Shown here: positions 40,995 through 50,489 of the stretch, piece after piece
Layout: every line of letters starts with the position of its first letter
How positions within the stretch are numbered: position 1 is the stretch's first letter
Assembly (NCBI GenBank): GCA_963829055.1
Contig: CAWHHI010000009.1
Location: 148,206-212,205 of the forward strand
Reading direction: 5' to 3'
From: an uncultured Gemmatimonadaceae bacterium
Lineage (GTDB): Bacteria > Gemmatimonadota > Gemmatimonadetes > Gemmatimonadales > Gemmatimonadaceae
DNA length: 64,000 nt
The notes under the pieces: generated by a model
What the model was told of the DNA's origin: nothing
Databases searched by the model: none
What the model saw: the letters and a program-made list of their open reading frames with translations, nothing else
Translations under genes and position numbers: made by a program

Positions 40995-41410
40995 CGCGTC
41001 GTTGTCGTCGACGGCAAGCCGACGAAGGCGGTGAGCCCGAACGGTCTGGCATTCAGTCCTGACGGCTCGCACTTCGCGTACGTCGAAGGTCAGAGCAACC
41101 GCGCGGTCGTCGTGGATGGTGTCCAGCGCGTGCCGGCGAATGTTTGCGCACCAGCCGGACGATGTCCCGGCCGAGTTCGTGTTCAGCCAGGATGGAAAGC
41201 ATCCCGCCTTCGCGCCGGACGCGATCGGGACGTACGACATCACCTTCACGCCCGACGGGAAGCATCTGATGTGGCTGGGCGGCCGCGGTGAAAACCGGCT
41301 GCGCGTCTACGTCGACGGAGAGCCGGTGCCCGAGTCGGATCAGCCGGCTACGTCACGACAGTCCGTGGAGACGTGGTGGAACATGGGCGCGGACGGCGTG
41401 CTCACGCCTT
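40995..41410 (+). pseudogene. Degenerate fragments of a beta-propeller (TolB/WD40-like) gene
   Basis: 'LAFSPDGSHFAYV', 'FVFSQDGKH', 'FTPDGKHL' in broken frames with no clear start. Confidence 0.55.
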
Positions 41411-41444
41411 TTTCCGATTCACTAGTCGATCGGCGGAGCCGACG

Positions 41445-41483
41445 TTATCGCACGCGTTTACCGTCGGCATCCCACACCTGGAC
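41445..41483 (-). pseudogene. 3' tail relic of an M16 peptidase gene
   Basis: 35/38 nt identical to 45089-45126; VQVWDADGKRVR* vs VEVWDAEGKRVR*. Confidence 0.75.
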
Positions 41484-41675
41484 AGGATCGAGCTCCTCGT
41501 CAACTCCGCGACTGGGAGTCCGCGCGTCGTGAACGGGCAGGAAATAAGCGCTGCGGGCCGGATCGAGTGCGAGCTCCGATTCTGGCGCCCGGTCGTGCGG
41601 CATCCCATCTTCTGCGCGGCAGGCGACCGCCATGCACCAGTAAGCTGACCGAGCGATGCGACCACCGGGCCGACG

Positions 41676-44035
41676 ATGAGCGCGCCCGCCGCCGAATTTG
41701 TACAAGCGGTCGTCGACCGCTACCGTATCGAGCGCGAGCTCGGTCACGGCGGCATGGCGACGGTCTTCTCGCCGAGGACCTCCGGCACGGCCGACCCGTC
41801 GCGATCAAGCTCCTGCACGCGGAGCTCGGCGCGTGGTTAGGCGTCGAGCGGTTCCTCTCCGAGATCCGGATCACGGCGCGGCTGCAGCATCCGAACATCC
41901 TGCCGCTACTGGATAGCGGTGACGCGAATGGGCGCCTGTACTACGTCATGCCCTACGTCCCGGGCGAGACCCTGCGAGCGCGCCTCGACCGGGAGCGTCA
42001 GCTCCCCGTGCCTCAAGCGATCCGCATCGCGAAGGACGTAGCGGCGGCGCTCGCGTACGCCCATGCCGTGGGGATCATTCACCGCGACATCAAGCCCGAG
42101 AACATCCTGTTCGGCGCACCTAACGCGGTAACGCCGCCGCCCGTCCTGCTCGCGGACTTCGGCATCGCCCGATCGACCGACGCGAATGCCGATCGGCTGA
42201 CGGGCACCGGCATGTCCGTGGGGACGGCTGCCTACATGAGCCCCGAGCAGGCGACGGGCGAGCGCGAGCTCGATGGACGCACCGACATCTACTCGTTAGG
42301 ATGCGTGCTGTACGAGATGCTCGCAGGGGAGCCGCCGTTCAGCGGCGCGAACCCACGGGTCATCCTGTCGAAGCAGCTGACCGATCCGGTGCGCCCGGTG
42401 AGCCGGCTCCGCGAGAGCGTTCCGCCGCATGTGGACGCGGCGCTGGCGATCGCCCTCTCACGCTCACCCGCCGATCGGTTCCCCGACGTCGCCGCGTTCG
42501 CTGCGGCGCTCGACCGGGCCGATTCGCGGCCGGTAGGATCCGCTAGCGCGAGTCAGGCGGCGGGGCGCCGGCGAGTCATGCGCGTTGCCGGCCTCGTTGC
42601 CGGCCTCGTTGCCGGCGTCCTTGGCGTCGCCGCCGCCGCGCGGCTCTGGATGTCGAGGCCGAGCGTGGCGTTAGGCATGCCGGTCGTTCGCATGCAGCGA
42701 TTCACGACACTCGCCGGCGATACGGCCAGCGCCTATCTCGCCGCGACCCTCGAGCAGGACGTGACGACTGCGCTCGCGGGCACAGGCGTCGCCCGCGTCT
42801 TCGTCATGAATTCCACGCTGGAGTCGGGATTCGCCGTCGCCGGGACCGCGACCCGCGTCGCGGACTCGGTCGAGTTGCGGCTCACGGTGTCGAAGGAGCC
42901 GACCGGGGAACTGGTCGGCACGAAGATCGTTAGGCAGCCGGTCGGCCGGTCGCACGAGTTACCGGAGGCCGTGACCGACTCGATTCTCTCGCTGCTCGGC
43001 CGCCGACGTCGAGTCGCGACGTCGCGTTCGATTCCCACGAAGGATCCCGTCGCGTACGATCTCTTTCTCAAGGGCCGATACCAGACCGACCGTCGTACTG
43101 AGATCGGGACCCAGCGAGGCGTGGCCCTGTTCCGTGCCGCGGTGGCGCGCGATTCGGCCTTCGCAGACGGCTGGGCCGGGCTCGCCCTGGCATTGCGGCA
43201 GGCAAATCTACGGGGGTACCGAATTCCAAGCGTTCCTCGCAGCGCCCTCATCGCGGCGATCGTCGACGCGAGCGAGCGCGCGCTCGAGGCCGACAGCACC
43301 CGCTCCTACGGCTGGATCGCCCGCGGGATGACGCTCCGGGACATCGAGCCGAGCTCGCGGCGCAATGCGATCCTCGCCTACCAGCGCGCGATCGCGCTCG
43401 ATTCGAGCAACGCCGACGCCTGGCACTTCTACGCTGTCGCGTGGGATGACAGCCTCGAGCCGGGACGCGCGCGTGTCGCGTGGCAGCGGGCGCTGCGTAT
43501 CGATCCGAGCCACCGACTGTCACTGGGGTTCCTGGGCCAGCACTTCAACTGGATGCGTCAGTTCGACAGCGCCGCTCGGTGGGCCGACAGCGGTCGGCGA
43601 ATCGACCCGACGAACCTGCTCGTGCGCCAACAGCTCGGGTTCGCGAAGCTGCACCTCGGCGACACCGCCGCCGCGGCCGAGAACTTTCGGGCGACCATCC
43701 AGATCGGGAAGGGACCGGACGAGGTAGTCGGGTGGGTCGGCCTGTCGGACGTCGCGCTTCGGGAGGGCGATCGCCGGGGTGCGGATAGCCTGTTCGCGCA
43801 TGCGCTGGCGCTCGTCGACACGCTCCACCCGACGCTCCATGACGCGGCCAACATTGCGTGGGGTTACGTCGCGTTAGGCGACACGACGCGGGCGCTTCGC
43901 ATGCTCGAGCGCTTCGACCCGAGGACGGATTCGCACTACCAGCTGCATCTCCATTGCGATGCGGGGCTGGATCCGCTGCGGGCGCTACCGAGGTTCAGGG
44001 CGCTGATCGTTCGGGCGGCGAACGTCTGCCTCTGA
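41676..44035 (+). CDS. Ser/Thr kinase with TM, TolB-N-like and TPR domains (frameshift near 41765)
   Basis: ATG 41676 'MSAPAAEFVQAVVDRYRIERELGHGGM'; HRDIKPEN, DFG, YMSPEQ; 'AYDLFLKG'. Confidence 0.88.
42583..42616 (+). repeat. 12-bp tandem repeat (CGTTGCCGGCCT, ~2.8 copies) encoding VAGL-VAGL-VAG in the TM helix
   Basis: Direct inspection. Confidence 0.8.
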
Positions 44036-44051
44036 AATCCGCCTAGGCGGC

Positions 44052-44315
44052 GTGGCCATCTTCGTCGTATGGCTCTTCGGAACGCTGGCGCTTCCCGAAC
44101 GACGATCAGGATACGTCATCATGTTGCTCGGGGGCCTGTTCGCGGCGGCCATGCCCGTCCTGCACATGAGCGGAGCGAGATACCCCACGATCGCCACGTC
44201 CGACGGCGGCTTTTTCTTCGTCTGGACTCTCCTCGTGGTTGGCACCACCGGTACCTTCTCCGTGCTTCTCTCTGCGCACGCGCTCTGGCTCTTGCGACGG
44301 GGCAAGCCGCGTTAG
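44052..44315 (+). pseudogene. Membrane protein, probably 5'-truncated
   Basis: Three hydrophobic helices starting mid-helix with no SD; stop TAG lies inside CGTTAGGC. Confidence 0.5.
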
Positions 44316-44362
44316 GCCGAGCGCCTCGTACCGCGACGCGCGCAGTCTACCGGACGCGGTCG

Positions 44363-45085
44363 TTACTGACTGCAGGCTCCGGCCGGTTTCCAGTCGGAGG
44401 GGGTGCCCCTCGGTTGAGCTGCATCATGGATGACCAGGGCGAACGCACGCCGGAGCGTCGTCCCGGTGACGTTCAGTTCCATTGGAATATTCGATCGTAC
44501 CGTCATGGTTCCTCCCGCCCGAGCTCTGTTGGCGCCATCCGGAGTCTCGAGGCACTGCTCTCCCGAGAGCACGTACCAGCCTTCGGGGCCCGCGTGTATG
44601 TGCACCCTCGAATTGTCGCCGGGCCGCATGACCGCGTACGAGAGGACCGCCGAGTAGCTCTTTGCTGCGGGAAGCTCCAGTGGTCCGACGACGGCGATGG
44701 CCTTACCTCCCTGGGGTGGAGCGTTTCGGGCCCCGAATTCGGAGAGCCACACTCGCCCGTCTTCCTCGACCACGATTCCGGTAGGACTCTTGGCCGCCTC
44801 CGCGGCCTTCCGGCTTGGAAACGCGTGCAGGTGCCAATAGACGGATGCTTGACTGAAATGAAGGCCGGTTGCCACGCCGACGTTGAAGCAGCCGAACTCC
44901 GGTCGCTTCTCACTCGGTGGCACGTCCACGCAGGCGACTTCCGTCAGGTGATCATGGCTGGCGGTGGCAGGCACCTGAGCCCGCAGGTGGCCGGTTGGAA
45001 CGAGCTGTAAGGCGACCAGAAATGGTCCGAGTAACGCACTGCACGTAGTTCTGGTCACGTCCGGGCCTCCGAGGAAGATGCTCAA
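44363..45085 (-). CDS. Secreted cupin-domain protein
   Basis: 'VHIHAGPEGWYVLSGEQCLET' cupin motif; signal-like N-terminus. Confidence 0.8.
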   Translation of the reverse strand: MSIFLGGPDVTRTTCSALLGPFLVALQLVPTGHLRAQVPATASHDHLTEVACVDVPPSEKRPEFGCFNVGVATGLHFSQASVYWHLHAFPSRKAAEAAKSPTGIVVEEDGRVWLSEFGARNAPPQGGKAIAVVGPLELPAAKSYSAVLSYAVMRPGDNSRVHIHAGPEGWYVLSGEQCLETPDGANRARAGGTMTVRSNIPMELNVTGTTLRRAFALVIHDAAQPRGTPSDWKPAGACSQ

Positions 45086-45087
45086 TG

Positions 45088-45796
45088 CTATCGCACGCGC
45101 TTACCTTCGGCATCCCACACCTCGACGTTCCCAATGTCGAGGGCACGCACCCTGGACTCTACGGTGCGCAGGTCGCCGACCACGACGACCGTGGATGGCT
45201 GGAGTTGCAGCACCCGCGCCGCCGCGGCGTGGCTGTCCACTGGACTGACCGACGCGAGCCGTTCACGATAGCTGGCGTAGAAGTCAGCGGACAGCCCCGC
45301 CGTGATCCCAGTCGCGACGCGGTCCCGGAGCCCTTGCGCCGTTTGCACCAGGCTCGGGAAGCCCGCGACGAGCGCGTTCAACGCCCGCTGGAACTCGGGC
45401 CCAGGAATCGTGTCGCGGACGATGCGGCGCCACTCGCCTAACGCTTCGACGAGCGCCGAGTCGGTGGCATCGGTGCGGACCGCGGAGCTGATCACCATAC
45501 TGCCGCTCCCCCGGCGCGCGTCGAGTCGGCTGTACGCACCGTACGTGAAGCCATGTCGCTCGCGGAGGTTCACGCTCAGGCGTGCGCTCATGGCTCCGCC
45601 GAACACGCGGTTGAGAGCGAACATCGGCAGGTAGTCCGAATCCGTCGCGGCGATGGCGATCTGTCCGATGGCGACGCCGGATTGAACCGAACCGGGTCGG
45701 TCGATGAGGATCACGCGCGTGGTCGCGGCCGAATCGAGCGCGCGTGCCGCGTCCGATGACAACGCCGTCTCGAACGACGAGCTCCGCGCGCCTAAC
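45088..45796 (-). pseudogene. C-terminal half of an M16 (pitrilysin/insulinase) peptidase; N-terminus missing
   Basis: 'LIDRPGSVQS', 'NRVFGG..SARLSVNLRERHGFTYG', 'VVVGD'; no credible start. Confidence 0.75.
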
Positions 45797-45805
45797 GTGG
45801 CCCAG

Positions 45806-46069
45806 CTACCCGGCGCGTGTTCCACCACCAGTTCGGGTCGTGAAAGTTGATCGCGCCCTGCGCCAGCATGTCGGCGCGGCCATTGAACTCGCGCATCTCA
45901 CCCACGCCTCCCGTTGCGTCACCCGCGTCTCGACGTGGTGCATGAGATCGTCGGCGCGCAACGTCATGCGGTCCACGTGCAGTGACACAATTGCGAACGC
46001 GGTATCGCCGTGGATCTCGAGGCTGTCGATCGTGAACGCGACCCGGTTCCGCTTGCGGACGCCGTTCAT
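45806..46069 (-). pseudogene. NTF2/DUF4440-like gene fragment
   Basis: 'FTIDSLEIHGDTAFAIV...HVETRVTQREAW' NTF2-like strands; incomplete. Confidence 0.45.
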
Positions 46070-46156
46070 GATCCGGTGATGTACTGCTCAATTGCGTGGC
46101 GGCGCTAACGCACCGGCAGAGTGCAGGCGCAGCGCCAATGGTTTCAGCAGTCGCCT

Positions 46157-46195
46157 ATGAGGGACTCAGGGCGATCGCCGGGCGTTAGGGATGGT
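46157..46195 (+). promoter_or_regulatory. Conserved promoter ATGAGGGACT-N11-CCGGGCGTTAGGGATGGT (copy A)
   Basis: Same blocks and spacing at 47903-47941. Confidence 0.65.
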
Positions 46196-46241
46196 CGCGT
46201 CTACGATTCCGCGTCAACGCCCCTAACCCCGGGAGCCACAC

Positions 46242-47801
46242 ATGTCACCGCACCTGCTGCGTCGAACGCCGCTGCTCGTTCCGCTGTTGCTGACAGCTCT
46301 CGCCGGCTGCACAGACACGGACACCACCGCCCCTCGGTTCGCACCGAAACCGCAGCTCGCACAAGGTGCTGGTGGCGTCTGGACGGTCAACTCCCTCGCT
46401 GATCCAGGCGGTGGCGGGTGTGACGATACCGAGTGCACGCTGCGTGAGGCGATCGGGAGCGCTGGACCAGGTCACCAAGTCGTTGTTGCGAGCGGGCTGC
46501 AGGGCACAATCACCTTGACAGCCGGCGAGATCGTGATCAACCGGAACGTCAGCGTAGATGGCGGCGGCCGAATCGCCGTGAACGCGCAGGAAACAACACG
46601 AATCTTTCACGTTGCTGGTAGCGATATCGCTACCCCAATTGTCGTAACGGTCGCAGGGCTTTCGCTCGAGCACGGACGAGAAGGTCTCGGCGATGGCGGC
46701 GGCATTCTCGTCGAAGTCGCGAACCTGACGCTCCGTGACGTGCACCTGCGATGGAATGAAGCAAATCGGGGCGGCGGCATGTTCGCAGCGGCTACGGCCG
46801 CCGTGACGATTAACAGTAGTAGCTTCGAGTCGAGCTACGGCTCGACCGGCGGGGCGCTGTACAACCTTGGGGCTGTCACGCTGGTGGGCAGCTCAGTGAT
46901 CCTCAGCGCGACGCAGTTCAAGAGCGGACAGATCGCCAATCACGGGACGCTCAGCGTGATAGCGAGCATGATTGGTGCGGCGTTCGAGCCCGGGATTGTC
47001 AATCACCCCGGCGCTACAGCGACGATCATGCGAACCACGCTGTCCGGCAATTCGGTGGTTGCCGAGGATCCGGGGTTGGGTGCGGCGATTCACAATCTCG
47101 GCACTGTCGTTATGCGGAGCAGTACGATCAGCGCGAACGCCTCGCCCACCGGCGTCGGCGGGCTCTACAACGCTGGCTCGATGACGGTATCGAACTCGAT
47201 CGTGGCGGGCAATAACGGAAATCCGGAATGCGGGGGACCAAGCCCCGTCATGTCTCTCGGATACAACCTGACTTCGGCCGGTGGCGGCTGCGCATTCTCT
47301 GCCGTCGGCGATCAGCAGGTCCCATTGCCGGTGATTTTCACGAACGTTCTCGTCGGCGGATTGGAAGACAATGGCGGACTTACCAAGACGCTCGCGTTGA
47401 CCCCGGGCGGCCTCGCAGTGGACAGGGGCTCGTGCCCAGGTGAAACGATGGATCAGCGCGGTGCTCCTCGTCCCGTGGACAATCCGTCCGTCAGCAATGC
47501 CGCCAATGGCTGTGACATCGGTGCGTTCGAACTCCAGCTGACGTCCGCGGAACAGGTAACAGCTCTCACCGTCTCCGTGTCTTCGCTCGGACTCGCGAGC
47601 GGCACGGCAAGTAGCCTGCGGGCCAAGTTGACGGCTGCGCTCAGTGCCATCGAGGCCGGGGACATCGCTGGTGCGTGCACGTCGCTCACCGGGTTCACGA
47701 ACGAGGTGCGCGCCCTGGTGGGGAAAAAGATGTCCGCCACGGATGCGTCGGCTCTGACAGCGAAGGCAGACGCGCTCAAGTCGTCGCTCGGCTGCCCGTA
47801 G
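46242..47801 (+). CDS. CSLREA-domain beta-helix lipoprotein with choice-of-anchor Q region and helical C-tail
   Basis: Lipobox 'LAGC', 'CTLREAI', GG-rich beta-helix, 'DNGG..TxAL...DQRG..RP..CDIGAFE'. Confidence 0.85.
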   Translation: MSPHLLRRTPLLVPLLLTALAGCTDTDTTAPRFAPKPQLAQGAGGVWTVNSLADPGGGGCDDTECTLREAIGSAGPGHQVVVASGLQGTITLTAGEIVINRNVSVDGGGRIAVNAQETTRIFHVAGSDIATPIVVTVAGLSLEHGREGLGDGGGILVEVANLTLRDVHLRWNEANRGGGMFAAATAAVTINSSSFESSYGSTGGALYNLGAVTLVGSSVILSATQFKSGQIANHGTLSVIASMIGAAFEPGIVNHPGATATIMRTTLSGNSVVAEDPGLGAAIHNLGTVVMRSSTISANASPTGVGGLYNAGSMTVSNSIVAGNNGNPECGGPSPVMSLGYNLTSAGGGCAFSAVGDQQVPLPVIFTNVLVGGLEDNGGLTKTLALTPGGLAVDRGSCPGETMDQRGAPRPVDNPSVSNAANGCDIGAFELQLTSAEQVTALTVSVSSLGLASGTASSLRAKLTAALSAIEAGDIAGACTSLTGFTNEVRALVGKKMSATDASALTAKADALKSSLGCP

Positions 47802-47902
47802 CCCAGCGTGGTCGTAGGGCTCGATCGACATTGTCGTTAGGCAGGTTGGCGGGAGATGGCGCCGTTCCTCTTGAACGGCGCCATCGACGCGCCGGGCTGT
47901 TG

Positions 47903-47941
47903 ATGAGGGACTTCGCGCGAGATCCGGGCGTTAGGGATGGT
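47903..47941 (+). promoter_or_regulatory. Conserved promoter (copy B)
   Basis: Matches 46157-46195. Confidence 0.65.
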
Positions 47942-47984
47942 TGCATCAACCGATCCCGAGTCAATGTCCGCCCCGGAGGCACAC

Positions 47985-49634
47985 ATGTCACCCCATCTGC
48001 TGCGTCGAACGTCGCTGCTCGTTCCGTTGTTGCTGACGGCCCTTGTTGGCTGTACCGAGACGGAAACCACCGCACCCCGTCTCGCATCGAAGCCGCATTT
48101 CGCGCAGGGAGATGGCGGTGTCTGGACAGTCAACTCGCTTGCCGACCCAGGCGATGGCGTGTGTGACGATACCAGCTGCACGCTGCGCGAAGCCATCGAG
48201 GCGGCGGCCGCGGGCGGTCAGGTTGTCATCGCGAGTGGATTGCAGGGCACCGTCACGCTGACGGTCGGAACGCTGCTCGTCCAGCGGGGAATCAGCGTCG
48301 ACGGAGGCGGCAGGATCACGGTGGATGCGCAGGGAAGTAGTCGGGTCATGACGGTGACCGTCGGTTCGTCGGTGCCGCCAGTCTCAATCAGCGGTTTCAC
48401 GTTCAAAAACGCCCATTCCTCTACAGTCGGCGGAGCGTTGGCGGTGAGTGGAGCAGCGTCACTCACGGTCCAGAACACCGTCATTTCCGGGAGCAAAGCA
48501 GACGAGGATGGCGGAGGCGTCTGGATCGATTCGAACGCTTCGCTCACGCTCATCAATAGCACCGTCTCCGGCAACACAGCGGTCCAGGGCGGTGGTGGGA
48601 TCTACAACCGCGGTAAACTCACGCTCCGAAAAAGTACGGTCTCCAGCAACGTGGCCGCCGAAGCCGGCGGTATCTATGGCGTCACCGGTACGCAGACCAC
48701 CGTGGAGCAGAGCACGATCTCTGGCAACGACGCACGAGCTATGCTTTCCGGAGCACACGGCGGTGGCATTGTCAGCGCTGGCAGCCTGGAATTGCGCAGC
48801 GCCACGATTACGAAAAATACGCAAGGCGGCGTGGTGTTGCGGGGTGCGACAATCGCCGTCCAAAACTCAATTATCGGCGGCAACGGATACTCGTGCGACG
48901 CCTTCGCCAGCATTTTCACGTCCGGCGGCTATAACCTCGTCACGACCGGTGGCGGTGCCGGCTGTACGTTCAACGGTCCAGGCGACATTGCCCTTGCTTC
49001 AGCTCAACTGTTCACGGAGGTCCTCGATCAGGAGCTGAAGGACAACGGGGGACCGACGATGACCCACGCGCTCATCGCGCGGGGCCGCGCCGTCGACGCC
49101 GGCTCGTGTCCCAGCGAAACCACGGACCAGCGCGGATTTCCCCGGCGCATCGATGAACCAACCGTGCCTAACGTCAAGGATGCCTGCGACATCGGCGCCT
49201 ACGAGGCAGGGCTGCCCCCGACGGCCGATCTCATCATCAGCCAGTCCGTCGACAAGACGAGCGTCAAACAGGGCGACCTGCTCACCTACACGGTTCGCGT
49301 TCGCAATCTCGGGCCGGAGACGTCGCCTAACGTCGTCGTCAACGACGTCCTGTCCAGCGGCGTGACGTTCGTCGAAATCCGCACCAACAAAGGAACGACC
49401 ACGGCGCCACCCAAGGGCGAGACGGGCACCGTGACCTGGAACCTCGGCGACCTCCTCGACCAGGCGAACGAAACGGCCGAGATCAAGGTGACCGTGCTGG
49501 TTCGCGGCAAGACGACCATCACGAACACCGCAACAGTCGCGGGCGACGTCCCCGATCCCAACTCCGCCAACAACTCAGCCTCGATCACAGTCAGCGTCGC
49601 CTCCGGCAGCGGCGGCGGTTCGAAGAAAGGCTGA
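47985..49634 (+). CDS. CSLREA-domain beta-helix lipoprotein with choice-of-anchor Q and C-terminal DUF11 domain
   Basis: Lipobox 'LVGC', 'CTLREAI', 'CDIGAYE', DUF11 'GDLLTYTVRVRNLGP...DPNSANNSA'. Confidence 0.85.
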   Translation: MSPHLLRRTSLLVPLLLTALVGCTETETTAPRLASKPHFAQGDGGVWTVNSLADPGDGVCDDTSCTLREAIEAAAAGGQVVIASGLQGTVTLTVGTLLVQRGISVDGGGRITVDAQGSSRVMTVTVGSSVPPVSISGFTFKNAHSSTVGGALAVSGAASLTVQNTVISGSKADEDGGGVWIDSNASLTLINSTVSGNTAVQGGGGIYNRGKLTLRKSTVSSNVAAEAGGIYGVTGTQTTVEQSTISGNDARAMLSGAHGGGIVSAGSLELRSATITKNTQGGVVLRGATIAVQNSIIGGNGYSCDAFASIFTSGGYNLVTTGGGAGCTFNGPGDIALASAQLFTEVLDQELKDNGGPTMTHALIARGRAVDAGSCPSETTDQRGFPRRIDEPTVPNVKDACDIGAYEAGLPPTADLIISQSVDKTSVKQGDLLTYTVRVRNLGPETSPNVVVNDVLSSGVTFVEIRTNKGTTTAPPKGETGTVTWNLGDLLDQANETAEIKVTVLVRGKTTITNTATVAGDVPDPNSANNSASITVSVASGSGGGSKKG

Positions 49635-49646
49635 CAACTCTCGCTG

Positions 49647-49692
49647 GCCCACCCTGCGCACCGACCATCTCGGTCAGCGCGCAGGGTGGGCA
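49647..49692. terminator. GC-rich hairpin downstream of the CSLREA gene
   Basis: GCCCACCCTGCGC ... GCGCAGGGTGGGC inverted repeat; no clear U-tract. Confidence 0.5.
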
Positions 49693-49904
49693 ATCCATGC
49701 GGAATCGCGCCAAACCTCTGAGCCCTGAAGAGTCCCGATACCGTGAGCCCGAGCGCACATCCGCCCTACTGTTTGGCGCCCAAGCAGTCTCGTCGGACCC
49801 AGCGGCACTGGGACGGCATCCCTATCCCATTGAGGAACGCCGGTACCGCGCGTACTCTCTTCACCCGACCAAGTCCTGGCCTCCTCCCCCAAGACGTCAC
49901 GGGA

Positions 49905-50489
49905 ATGACGGACAACGGTGCTGCGCAGGGTGAAGTAACGCGATGGCTGATCGACTCGGCCAAGAGTGACAAGGAAGGACTCGACCGAATGCTCCCGGTG
50001 GTATACGCGGAGCTGCATCGGTTGGCATCCCAGTACCTGACTCGCGAATCCGCCGGTCACACGCTCCAACCGACTGCCCTGGTGAACGAGGCGTATCTGC
50101 GGCTCGTCGACCAACGCCGGGTCGATTGGCGCAATCGCGCTCAGTTCGTGGCCTTGGCCGCGAACATGATGCGGCGAATCCTCGTGAATCACGCCCGTGA
50201 CCGGGTCGCGCTCAAACGTGGTGGAGACGCAGAGAAGGTCTCACTCAGCCTGCTCGAGTCTCCGTCGGGTCAGCCTGACGTGGACCTGATCGCTCTCGAG
50301 GATGCACTCGCTCAGTTGGCGGCGCTCGACGAACGAAAGAGCCGCGTCGTGGAGCTCAAGTTCTTCGGCGGCCTAACGACAGAGGAGATCGCCGAAGTAC
50401 TCCAGATTTCTGGCGCGACGGTCGAGCGGGAATGGGCGTTCGCCCGCGCCTGGCTGTTCGACACCATTGAAGGGAAGGGCGCGCGCTGA
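49905..50489 (+). CDS. ECF sigma factor, TIGR02999-like (kinase-associated)
   Basis: 'VYAELHRLA', 'HTLQPTALVNEAYLRL', 'MRRILVNHAR', 'VVELKFFGGL', 'REWAFARAWL'. Confidence 0.92.
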   Translation: MTDNGAAQGEVTRWLIDSAKSDKEGLDRMLPVVYAELHRLASQYLTRESAGHTLQPTALVNEAYLRLVDQRRVDWRNRAQFVALAANMMRRILVNHARDRVALKRGGDAEKVSLSLLESPSGQPDVDLIALEDALAQLAALDERKSRVVELKFFGGLTTEEIAEVLQISGATVEREWAFARAWLFDTIEGKGAR

